From positions 1 to 46,514 of the forward strand of contig WFRP01000068.1 of the NCBI GenBank assembly GCA_015486505.1: DNA of 46,514 bases, in the 5' to 3' direction. Made by a program: the position numbers and the translations under genes. This DNA is from Pseudomonadota bacterium (lineage in GTDB: Bacteria; Desulfobacterota; Anaeroferrophillalia; Anaeroferrophillales; Tharpellaceae). The notes under the pieces were generated by a model, which was not told the origin of the DNA, did not search any database, and was given only the letters and a program-made list of their open reading frames with translations. Positions 1 to 7,447 of this stretch are shown here, in pieces; within the stretch, counting starts at the first letter, position 1, and every line of letters starts with the position of its first letter.

Positions 1-2
1 CG

Positions 3-437
3 ATTATTCATGTCCAGCAGGCTGACCAGCGCGGCAATGCCCGGATCAAGGGGCTGACTTTTGCTGATGTTGAGCAGGCTAAAGCCGCCCGCCATCTGAT
101 TATAACCTGTGAGGAGCTGGTCAGTGAGGATTATCTCAAGCAGGAACCGGATCATAATCAGATCCCGTTTATCCAGGTTGACGCGGTTATCCCGATTCCC
201 TGGGGCGCCTGGCCGACCGCCTGCTACAAATACTATGATTACGATCCGAATTATTTACAAAACTACCGGCAGGCGGCGGCCGACGACAAGCTTTACCGGA
301 AATACCTGGCTGAAAACATCATCAATCCTGCCGCACAGAGCGAGTTCCGCGAGCGCATTCCGGCAAGTCGCCGCCAGGTGCTGGCCGCCGACTCTGAAAC
401 CGGCTACGCCACCGGCCTTGAGCGCGGCGGCCGTTAA
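3..437 (+). CDS. Family-I CoA-transferase subunit A (glutaconate/3-oxoacid CoA-transferase alpha-like), 5'-truncated by the window edge
   Basis: Frame 3 is open from the window edge to TAA at 435-437 (IIHVQQADQRGNARIKGLTFADVEQAKAARHLIITCEELV...IPIPWGAWPTACYKYYDYD...). It is absent from the supplied track because it has no in-window start. The matching B subunit starts 48 nt downstream. Confidence 0.7.
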   Translation: MIHVQQADQRGNARIKGLTFADVEQAKAARHLIITCEELVSEDYLKQEPDHNQIPFIQVDAVIPIPWGAWPTACYKYYDYDPNYLQNYRQAAADDKLYRKYLAENIINPAAQSEFRERIPASRRQVLAADSETGYATGLERGGR

Positions 438-484
438 AACAGCCGCAATAAAGTAACGAAAAAAATAACTTAACAAAAAAGGTT

Positions 485-1267
485 ATGGGAAAATCAGACT
501 TAAATTACAGCCTGCGGGAGATGATGACGATTGCCGCCGCGCGGGAGATCAAAGATGGCGACATCGTCTTCTGCGGCACCGGAATCTCGATGCTGGCGGC
601 AATGGCGGCCAAACATATCAATGCCCCGTTGAGCACCATTTTTTTTGAGACCGGCGCCATTGATGCCCGGCTGGAAGAGGTGCCGCTCGCGGTGGCCGAT
701 TCGCGGGTTATGTACGCCACGGCCGTTAACGGCGGTCTCGCCGATGCCTTTGCCACCATGCAGAACCGCTTTACCGGCAGCCGGGTCGTCGGTATTTTAG
801 GCGCGGCCCAGATCGATATTTACGGTAACTTAAATTCCACGGTAATCGGTGATTACCGGCAGCCGGAGATCCGCTTTTCCGGCAGCGGCGGCGCCTGTGA
901 TGTCGCCAGTTTTGTCAGCCGGACAATCATCTTTATGCAGCATGAAAAACGAAAATTTGTCAAAAAACTTGACTATTTCACCAGCCCGGGCTGGATTGAC
1001 GGCCCCGACGGCCGCGAAAAAACCGGTCTCGACCCCGGCGGCCCGGAAGCGGTAATTACCAATCTCGGGATTTTGCGTTTCGACAATGAAAGCAGGAAAA
1101 TGTATCTTGCGGCCTGCTATCCCGGGATCAACCCGGAAAAAGTGCAGGAGAAAACCGGCTTCAAACTTGATTTGAGCCGGGTGCAAACAGCGCCGCCGCC
1201 GTCAGCCGCGGAGCTTAAAATCTTACGCGAACACTGCGATCCGCAAAGGTTAATCCTGGGTCAGTAA
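485..1267 (+). CDS. Family-I CoA-transferase subunit B (GctB-like)
   Basis: 260-aa ORF with FFETGAI (candidate catalytic Glu) and FSGSGGACD motifs typical of CoA-transferase beta subunits. It directly follows subunit A. Confidence 0.8.
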   Translation: MGKSDLNYSLREMMTIAAAREIKDGDIVFCGTGISMLAAMAAKHINAPLSTIFFETGAIDARLEEVPLAVADSRVMYATAVNGGLADAFATMQNRFTGSRVVGILGAAQIDIYGNLNSTVIGDYRQPEIRFSGSGGACDVASFVSRTIIFMQHEKRKFVKKLDYFTSPGWIDGPDGREKTGLDPGGPEAVITNLGILRFDNESRKMYLAACYPGINPEKVQEKTGFKLDLSRVQTAPPPSAAELKILREHCDPQRLILGQ

Positions 1268-1276
1268 GCAGCGTAA

Positions 1277-1735
1277 CTATTCCGCGTACTCTTCAATATC
1301 CCAATGTTTGGTGTCCAGACGCGTGGTCAGCACCGGACAGGGGGAATGGCGGACAATTTTTTCCGCGACACTGCCCAAAAGGATATGCGACAATCCTGTA
1401 TGCCCGTGTGTCGACATAACGACAAGATCGGCATCAATCTCCTCGGCATAGGCGACAATCTCTTCATAGGGGATTCCGTGCCGAATCACCCCGACACATT
1501 CTACACCGGAAGTTTCACAGCGTCTTGTGCAGATAACCACTTCATGTTCAATGGTCTCCTGCATATTCGCCATAAACTCAGTCCCGACCTCCAGATTAAC
1601 ATAAGACGGCATATCTTCAATTACCGACAGAATATGCAGAGTCGCGCCGAATTTACGGCAAATTTCAAGCGCGTAACGTAAAGAATTACGGCTGTTCTGT
1701 GAACCGTCAGTTAATGCGAGAACCGTTTTAATCAT
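1277..1735 (-). CDS. Universal stress protein (UspA family)
   Basis: 152-aa ORF with the Usp ATP-binding C-terminal motif (MSTHGHTGLSHILLGSVAEKIVRHSPCPVL). Confidence 0.85.
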   Translation of the reverse strand: MIKTVLALTDGSQNSRNSLRYALEICRKFGATLHILSVIEDMPSYVNLEVGTEFMANMQETIEHEVVICTRRCETSGVECVGVIRHGIPYEEIVAYAEEIDADLVVMSTHGHTGLSHILLGSVAEKIVRHSPCPVLTTRLDTKHWDIEEYAE

Positions 1736-1881
1736 AATTTCACCCCCTTCCCCGATAAAGCAAAAAATTCTCCGCCCCGCGCGACGACAGGCCCGGGCGG
1801 CAACCCCGTCATTACTATTCCTTACTATTTAATTAAAGCTTACGGCAACCCTTTTGTCAAGTCAGGATAAAAAAATCATAT

Positions 1882-2280
1882 GTAACTATTCAGCCAAATC
1901 TTACCCCCCCACCTTCTGGAGGGGGCGGGGGTGGTTTTTCGTAAGCGGTTGCGGGATTTGTTCCCGCATTAGTGCCTTACAGGTTATTTTCTTGTTTTTT
2001 TCGACAGCTTTTTCCAACTGTAAAAACAAGAAAATGTTCTGATAAGAGTACTTATTTGCGCCCAACGGAAGTGCCCTTGGGGTGCGACCAGCGGATTGCC
2101 CCTGGGTGCGGGCCGGTAACTTTCTTTTGGGTTGCGGGTTTGTTCCCGCATTAACATTGCAACTGTTTGAGCGTAAGCGAGTTTTGCAAGGCGGGCGCAG
2201 CGAGCTTAAAGAAAAAACAGAAATCTTAACGCCTAGTGGAGAAAAACCGCGTCCGGCCCCGGATTCGGCTGAATAGTTAC
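1882..2280 (+). mobile_element. 399-bp non-autonomous TIR element (MITE-like), full-length copy 1
   Basis: Terminal inverted repeats GTAACTATTCAGCC(A/G)AATC match 18/19. A perfect 8-bp direct duplication AATCATAT flanks the element at 1874-1881 and 2281-2288. No ORF is conserved between the two copies. The homologous inverted copy is at 19174-19585. Confidence 0.75.
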
Positions 2281-2389
2281 AATCATATTTAATATTTTGT
2301 AACTTGACATATCCGCCGGATTAAATGTAATGCAGCAAACTCGACGGCGCACAGCCGGGCATCTCTTCATCATAACAATACGGTCAATC

Positions 2390-4246
2390 ATGCAATTTAT
2401 TTTCAGGCTCAGCCGGACAATTTTCTGTGGCTTATGGCGTTTTTTAAGTTTCTGCCGCGGCGTTATCGCCAATCTGCTTTTGATAATTCTGATAATTTTT
2501 ATCGCGGCGAGCTGGTTCGAACAGGAGCCGGTAAACCTGCCGGAATCAGCCGCGCTGTTACTTGACCCAACCGGTAAAATAACCGAAACCGCCCCCGACA
2601 ACAATCCCTGGCAGCTACTTCTGCGGCAGGAACTTGCAGAGATGCAAAACAGCCCGCTCCAGGACATTCTTGATGTCATTGCCACAGCAACCACCGATTC
2701 CCGAATAAAAGTGCTGGTTTTAGACACCAGCGACCTGGAGCAGATAAATCTCAATCAGATAATGACAATCGGCGCCGCCCTGAAAGAGTTTTCCCGGAGC
2801 GGAAAAAAGGTTATTGCCGTCGGTGATCATTTCACCCAGAAAGACTATCTCCTCGCCAGCTATGCTGATGAAATCATCTTGAATCCCATCGGCGGGGTTG
2901 AGCTTAAAGGTTTCTCCCGCTACCGGCTCTACGGTCGTCAGGCCCTGGAAAAGCTGAAAGTAAATTTCAATCTCTTTCGCGCCGGTGAATATAAATCCGC
3001 CCTGGAGCCTTTTTTTCGCGATAACATGTCGGACGCGGCCCGGAGCGCCAACCGGGAGTGGCTCAACGACCTCTGGGGCTACACAACCCGGCAGCTGCTT
3101 AAAAATCGACCGCGATTACGACCGGCGAAGCTTGACGATTATATCAACCATTACGATCGCCGGCTGGCGGCCAACCACGGCAATGCCGCCAACACCGCTT
3201 TAAGCGCCAGCCTGGTTGACCGTCTTTTATCCCGGCCCAAATTCCGGGATTACATTGCGACTCTGGTGGGCGCGGCCGCGGACGATCCCCATGACTTTGC
3301 CCGGATCGACTGGACTGATTACAGCCTGCGGAACGAAAAATCGTATCAAAACCCGCCCACCGCCGCCAGAATCGCCATCATTACCGCCACCGGCGAAATC
3401 CTGCCGGGACAGCAGCCCGAAACCCGCATCGGGGCCGAAACTCTGAGCAAACTGCTCAACCGGGCTCGCCGGGCCCCGGAGATTAAAGCCGTAGTCCTGC
3501 GTATTGACTCCGGCGGCGGCAGTATGACCGCATCCGAGATCATCCGCCAGGAAATCCTGCAGCTTAAAGCGAGCGGTAAACCCTTAATCATCTCTATGGG
3601 GCGCCTGGCCGCTTCCGGGGCTTACTGGATCTCGGCCGATGCCGATGAAATCTGGGCCGAACCCACCACCTTAACCGGCTCCATCGGCGTTTTCGGAGCC
3701 TGGCCGACTTTTGAAGAGAGCCTTAAAGAAATCGGCATCAACAGCGATGGCGTCAGCACCAATCCCGAGGCCGGCAAAGCAAGTTTAACCCGCCCATTAC
3801 TGCCGCAGCAGGCCCGGGCGTTACAGCTTAATGTTAATCAGGGTTATCGACGTTTTCTGGAGATTGTCGCCGGCGGCCGCCGTTTAAGTTTGAACGAGGT
3901 CGAAAAACTTGCCGGCGGCCGGGTACTCAGCGGTCTCCGGGCCAAGGAACTGGGGCTGGTCGATCATCTGGGAGATCTGCGGGACGCGGTAAACTCCGCC
4001 GGCGCCCGGGTCGGCCTTAACGCTGATGACGCGATCTATCTCCAGGATGAAAAAAGTACCGCCGATGCCATTGGTGAGCTGATAAATAGTCGCCAGAGTT
4101 TTTTCACCACCCTGCTCTCCCGGTTTATACCGGAGCCCGATGCTGATTTCAGCCGCGCAATCCAAAATCATAGAGAACTTTTTTTCAATCTCAAAGACCC
4201 GCAAAACCTCTATGTCGACAGCCTGCTTGAAAACTTTGCCTTGTAA
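2390..4246 (+). CDS. sppA: Signal peptide peptidase SppA, 67K type (two S49 domains)
   Basis: N-terminal TM segment, then two ClpP-fold S49 halves (SGGGSMTASE, AASGAYWISADADEIWAEPTTLTGSIGV). The track ORF starts at 2330. ATG 2390 (MQFIFRLS...) is preferred because the hydrophobic anchor follows it directly. The start remains uncertain. Confidence 0.8.
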   Translation: MQFIFRLSRTIFCGLWRFLSFCRGVIANLLLIILIIFIAASWFEQEPVNLPESAALLLDPTGKITETAPDNNPWQLLLRQELAEMQNSPLQDILDVIATATTDSRIKVLVLDTSDLEQINLNQIMTIGAALKEFSRSGKKVIAVGDHFTQKDYLLASYADEIILNPIGGVELKGFSRYRLYGRQALEKLKVNFNLFRAGEYKSALEPFFRDNMSDAARSANREWLNDLWGYTTRQLLKNRPRLRPAKLDDYINHYDRRLAANHGNAANTALSASLVDRLLSRPKFRDYIATLVGAAADDPHDFARIDWTDYSLRNEKSYQNPPTAARIAIITATGEILPGQQPETRIGAETLSKLLNRARRAPEIKAVVLRIDSGGGSMTASEIIRQEILQLKASGKPLIISMGRLAASGAYWISADADEIWAEPTTLTGSIGVFGAWPTFEESLKEIGINSDGVSTNPEAGKASLTRPLLPQQARALQLNVNQGYRRFLEIVAGGRRLSLNEVEKLAGGRVLSGLRAKELGLVDHLGDLRDAVNSAGARVGLNADDAIYLQDEKSTADAIGELINSRQSFFTTLLSRFIPEPDADFSRAIQNHRELFFNLKDPQNLYVDSLLENFAL

Positions 4247-4361
4247 AAACTTTTTCGCTGCTACCGCGATTGACAAAACATATTAAAGCGACTATAAAGG
4301 TTGCTCTTTTTTTACAGTGCCGGATTTATTTAAGTATGCGGCCTTACGGACAGGGTTTGCG

Positions 4362-4612
4362 TTAGTACCTTACAGGTTATTTTCTGCACCAAAAAACAAG
4401 ATTTAATAATCAGAAAATGTTCTGATAAGAGTACTTATTTGCGGGCCGAGAAGACCCGATTGGGTTGCGGGATCTGTTCCCGCATTAGTACCTTACAGGT
4501 TATTTTCTGCACCAAAAAACAAGATTTAATAATCAGAAAATGTTCTGATAAGAGTACTTATTTGCGGGCCAGAAAGGCTCCGTTTGGGTTGCGGGGATTG
4601 TTCCCGCATTAG
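4362..4612 (+). repeat. Two tandem copies (period about 123 bp) of the A-B-C intergenic repeat unit
   Basis: The unit is TTAGTACCTTACAGGTTATTTTCTGCACCAAAAAACAAGATTTAATAATCAGAAAATGTTCTGATAAGAGTACTTATTTGCGGGCC...GGGTTGCGGGAnnTGTTCCCGCA, repeated head-to-tail. The second TTAG starts at 4485. Confidence 0.9.
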
Positions 4613-4639
4613 TCTTTTATTGCCAAGGAGATTTTTAAA

Positions 4640-5770
4640 ATGTGTCGGCTAAGTGCCATAATTTCAGATAGTTACTTTTCCCCAATGGAAAACATCATGG
4701 CCCTGGAAACGATGAAAGAGGGGCATGACGGTTCCGGTCTCGGACTGGTTTTGCGCGATTTAGGGGGTGAATTCGAGAATTTGAAAGAGTTCCCGATCCT
4801 CTCCGGGATCTGCAGTGAAGCGGGCTTGAAGACCATGGATGAGTACATGGTCAGCTTAGGTTTCAAAACCAAATACCTCTGGGACCCGAAGATTAATGAA
4901 GCCGGCTGTGGCATCAAATCCCGGGGCTTCTATTTCGCCCGGGCTTATGAATATCCGGACGAGATTAAAGACGCTGATGAAAAGGTTAAATTTGACCTCT
5001 TAGCCCAGACCCGGCTCGATCTACGGGAAATGGGCATGGCGGATGAATCGATCACGGTCTTCTCTTTCTGGCCTGATTTAATCACCTTGAAAGAAGTTGG
5101 TGATCCGCTGGATGTCGGCATCTTTTTCGGCCTTGACCAGAAATCTCTCCTGGCGAAGAATATCATGGCCCAGGGACGGCAGAACACTAACTATGCCATC
5201 AACCTTTACGCCTGCCATCCTTTCTTTCTCGAAGGTTATTCGACGATGACCAACGGCGAGAATACGGCGTTTATCCCGATTCGCGAGTTTTTGACCGGCC
5301 GGGGCCTGCCCGGTTATGTCGGTTATCGCAGCGACAGTGAGGTCTTCTGCCATATTCTCCATTATATGCGCAAGCAGCTCGGCTTCCCCCTGAAATATTA
5401 CAAAGATGTTATCACCCCGCTTTTTGACCGGGAAATGACCGAACGTTCCGACCGCAAGGCGATTGAGCTTATTAAACGCGTATTACGGCCTTTAACCATT
5501 GACGGCCCGAACTGCGTTATCGGTTCCGATATTGACGGTACGATTTTTATGGTTCAGGACGCCAAGAAACTGCGCCCCGGCGTCGTCGGCGGCGTTCCCG
5601 GCAAATACGCGCTGATGTCCGAAGTCTGCGGGGTTGATGCCGTAGTCCCTGAACGTGACCGCAGTAAAGATGTTTTCCCCATGAAATACGACATGGTGAT
5701 GATCAATAAAGATGCCAAGGAGATCAAGATATGGAATCAAAAGCACGGCTCGATGTCAACGGTCAACTGA
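4640..5770 (+). CDS. Archaeal-type glutamate synthase, class-II glutamine amidotransferase subunit
   Basis: Met-Cys N-terminus (MCRLSAII...) fits an Ntn-type nucleophile. AAGGAG RBS upstream. First gene of a three-gene split GltS set. Confidence 0.8.
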   Translation: MCRLSAIISDSYFSPMENIMALETMKEGHDGSGLGLVLRDLGGEFENLKEFPILSGICSEAGLKTMDEYMVSLGFKTKYLWDPKINEAGCGIKSRGFYFARAYEYPDEIKDADEKVKFDLLAQTRLDLREMGMADESITVFSFWPDLITLKEVGDPLDVGIFFGLDQKSLLAKNIMAQGRQNTNYAINLYACHPFFLEGYSTMTNGENTAFIPIREFLTGRGLPGYVGYRSDSEVFCHILHYMRKQLGFPLKYYKDVITPLFDREMTERSDRKAIELIKRVLRPLTIDGPNCVIGSDIDGTIFMVQDAKKLRPGVVGGVPGKYALMSEVCGVDAVVPERDRSKDVFPMKYDMVMINKDAKEIKIWNQKHGSMSTVN

Positions 5771-7386
5771 CCTTAAAAGAGCTGCCTTATATAATTCAGT
5801 GGGATGCCGCTAAATGTACCCGCTGCGGCCAGTGTACGACGGTCTGCCCGCAGAAAGCAATTGAGCCGGCGGTTTTTGTCCAACGGGTGGTAACCTCAGA
5901 AGGTCCTCTGCCCCTGCCCCAGAGCGTCCGTCAGGTCGGCCAGGGGATCAAACAGGTCACCGATATTGAGCGCTACTGTGTCGGCTGCGGCGTCTGCTCG
6001 CAGGTCTGCCCCAATGCCGCGATTTTCCCGGAATACAATCCGGTCAACAAGTTTGCCTTCCATAAGAATCAGGGCGGGATTCCGCACAAACGCGGCGGCC
6101 GGCGCAACAATACTGAGACCTCGACTCTGGATAAACTTAAATTTACCCGGATCTCAATGCTGACCGACCCGGCTCTGGACGCCGGCCGGCACGAGTTTCA
6201 CATCCGCACCCTGCTCGGCCGCAATCTCGCCCCGGAGAGTATGCCGCTGACGATTAAAGATGATGAACTCGGTCTCGACGAGATGGCCTATATTCCGCCG
6301 ACCCGGGAGATTTTCCCGATCCGGATCGGCGGGATGTCCTTCGGCGCCCTCTCTCCGCATATGTGGGAAGGTCTGGCGATGGGGGTGGCCTATCTTAATG
6401 AAGTCGAAAATATCCCGGTGGTGATGTGCACCGGTGAAGGCGGTATGCCCTCCCGGCTCTTAAAATCCCGTTTCCTTAAATATTTCATCCTCCAGATCGC
6501 CTCCGGCTATTTCGGCTGGGATGAGATTATCCACGCGATTCCGGATATGCAGGAAGACCCGGCCGCGATTGAGATCAAATACGGTCAGGGCGCCAAACCC
6601 GGTGACGGCGGCCTGCTGATGGCTTTCAAGGTGCTGGAGTTGATCTCCAAAGTCCGGGGCGTGCCGATGCAGGTTGATCTTGCCTCGCCGCCGACCCATC
6701 AGACCAAATACTCAATCGAAGAAGCGGTCGCCAAAATGATTACTTCAATGTCGATGGCTTTCGGTTTCCGGGTGCCGGTCTACCCCAAAATCTCCGGTTC
6801 CCAGACCGCGACCGCGGTTTTGAATAATCTCGCCCGTAATCCTTTTGCCGCGGCGTTGACTATCGACGGCGAAGACGGCGGCACCGGTGCGGCCTACAAT
6901 GTTTCAGTTGACAAAATGGGCCATCCGATCGCATCCAATTTACGCGAGTGCTATCTGAACCTGGTTAAAATCGGCAAACAGAATGAACTGCCGCTCTTTG
7001 CCGCCGGCGGGGTTGGTAAAACCGGTTCTTTAGCCGCCAATGCCGCCGCCCTGATTATGCTCGGCGCCTCCGGGGTCGACTGCGGGAAATACATAATGCA
7101 GGCGGCCGCCGGCTGTCTTGGTGACGAATACAACCGCTGTAATCTCTGTAATGTCGGACGCTGTCCCAAAGGCATAACCACCCAGGATGCCCGTCTCTAC
7201 CGGCGGCTTGATCCCGACAAGGTTGCCGAACGGGTGGTCGATGTTTTCAAATCGGCGGATACCGAACTGAAAAAGATCTTCGCGCCGATGGGCCGCAGTA
7301 CGCAGCTGCCGATCGGGATGTCCGACGGTCTCAGTATCGGTGACAAAGCAATTGCGGATCAACTGCAGATCAGTTTCGCCAGCTAA
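5731..7386 (+). CDS. Archaeal-type glutamate synthase, FMN-binding (GltB domain 2) subunit with N-terminal 2x[4Fe-4S] ferredoxin
   Basis: Ferredoxin motifs CTRCGQCTTVCP and CVGCGVCSQVCP, then FMN/synthase core motifs (KYGQGAKPGDGG, DGEDGGTGAA). AAGGAG lies 8 nt before the ATG. The gene overlaps the upstream gene by 40 nt. Confidence 0.85.
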   Translation: MESKARLDVNGQLTLKELPYIIQWDAAKCTRCGQCTTVCPQKAIEPAVFVQRVVTSEGPLPLPQSVRQVGQGIKQVTDIERYCVGCGVCSQVCPNAAIFPEYNPVNKFAFHKNQGGIPHKRGGRRNNTETSTLDKLKFTRISMLTDPALDAGRHEFHIRTLLGRNLAPESMPLTIKDDELGLDEMAYIPPTREIFPIRIGGMSFGALSPHMWEGLAMGVAYLNEVENIPVVMCTGEGGMPSRLLKSRFLKYFILQIASGYFGWDEIIHAIPDMQEDPAAIEIKYGQGAKPGDGGLLMAFKVLELISKVRGVPMQVDLASPPTHQTKYSIEEAVAKMITSMSMAFGFRVPVYPKISGSQTATAVLNNLARNPFAAALTIDGEDGGTGAAYNVSVDKMGHPIASNLRECYLNLVKIGKQNELPLFAAGGVGKTGSLAANAAALIMLGASGVDCGKYIMQAAAGCLGDEYNRCNLCNVGRCPKGITTQDARLYRRLDPDKVAERVVDVFKSADTELKKIFAPMGRSTQLPIGMSDGLSIGDKAIADQLQISFAS

Positions 7387-7447
7387 GTCGAAGTGCAAGC
7401 AAAAAACTGTTTTCATTAAATGTTTACATCTATTTTCAGGTCAAAAA

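Noticed and set aside
109-476. Track ORFs 109..456 (+, 115 aa) and 255..476 (-, 73 aa)
   Set aside because: Their translations are Arg/Ser/Thr/Pro-rich low-complexity sequence. Frame 3 over the same DNA (3..437) gives a clean CoA-transferase subunit A C-terminus, so these are shadow-frame ORFs.
1854-2276. Small ORFs inside repeat elements (1854..2042, 1972..2154, 2082..2276; also 15490..15903, 15520..15738, 15537..15728, 19225..19536, 43915..44112)
   Set aside because: They lie entirely in the mosaic repeats. The two full-length element copies differ by indels that change the reading frame and stop position (…KEKTEILTPSGEK… versus …KGKTEI*). The similar peptide strings (STLQVIF, RKCSDKSTYLR) therefore reflect DNA repeats, not conserved proteins.
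4362-4612. Possible CRISPR array suggested by the regularly repeated hairpin-containing sequence
   Set aside because: The period is about 123 bp with no unique spacers. The whole unit is repeated and recurs singly elsewhere, and no cas genes are present. It is a tandem interspersed-repeat unit, not a CRISPR array.
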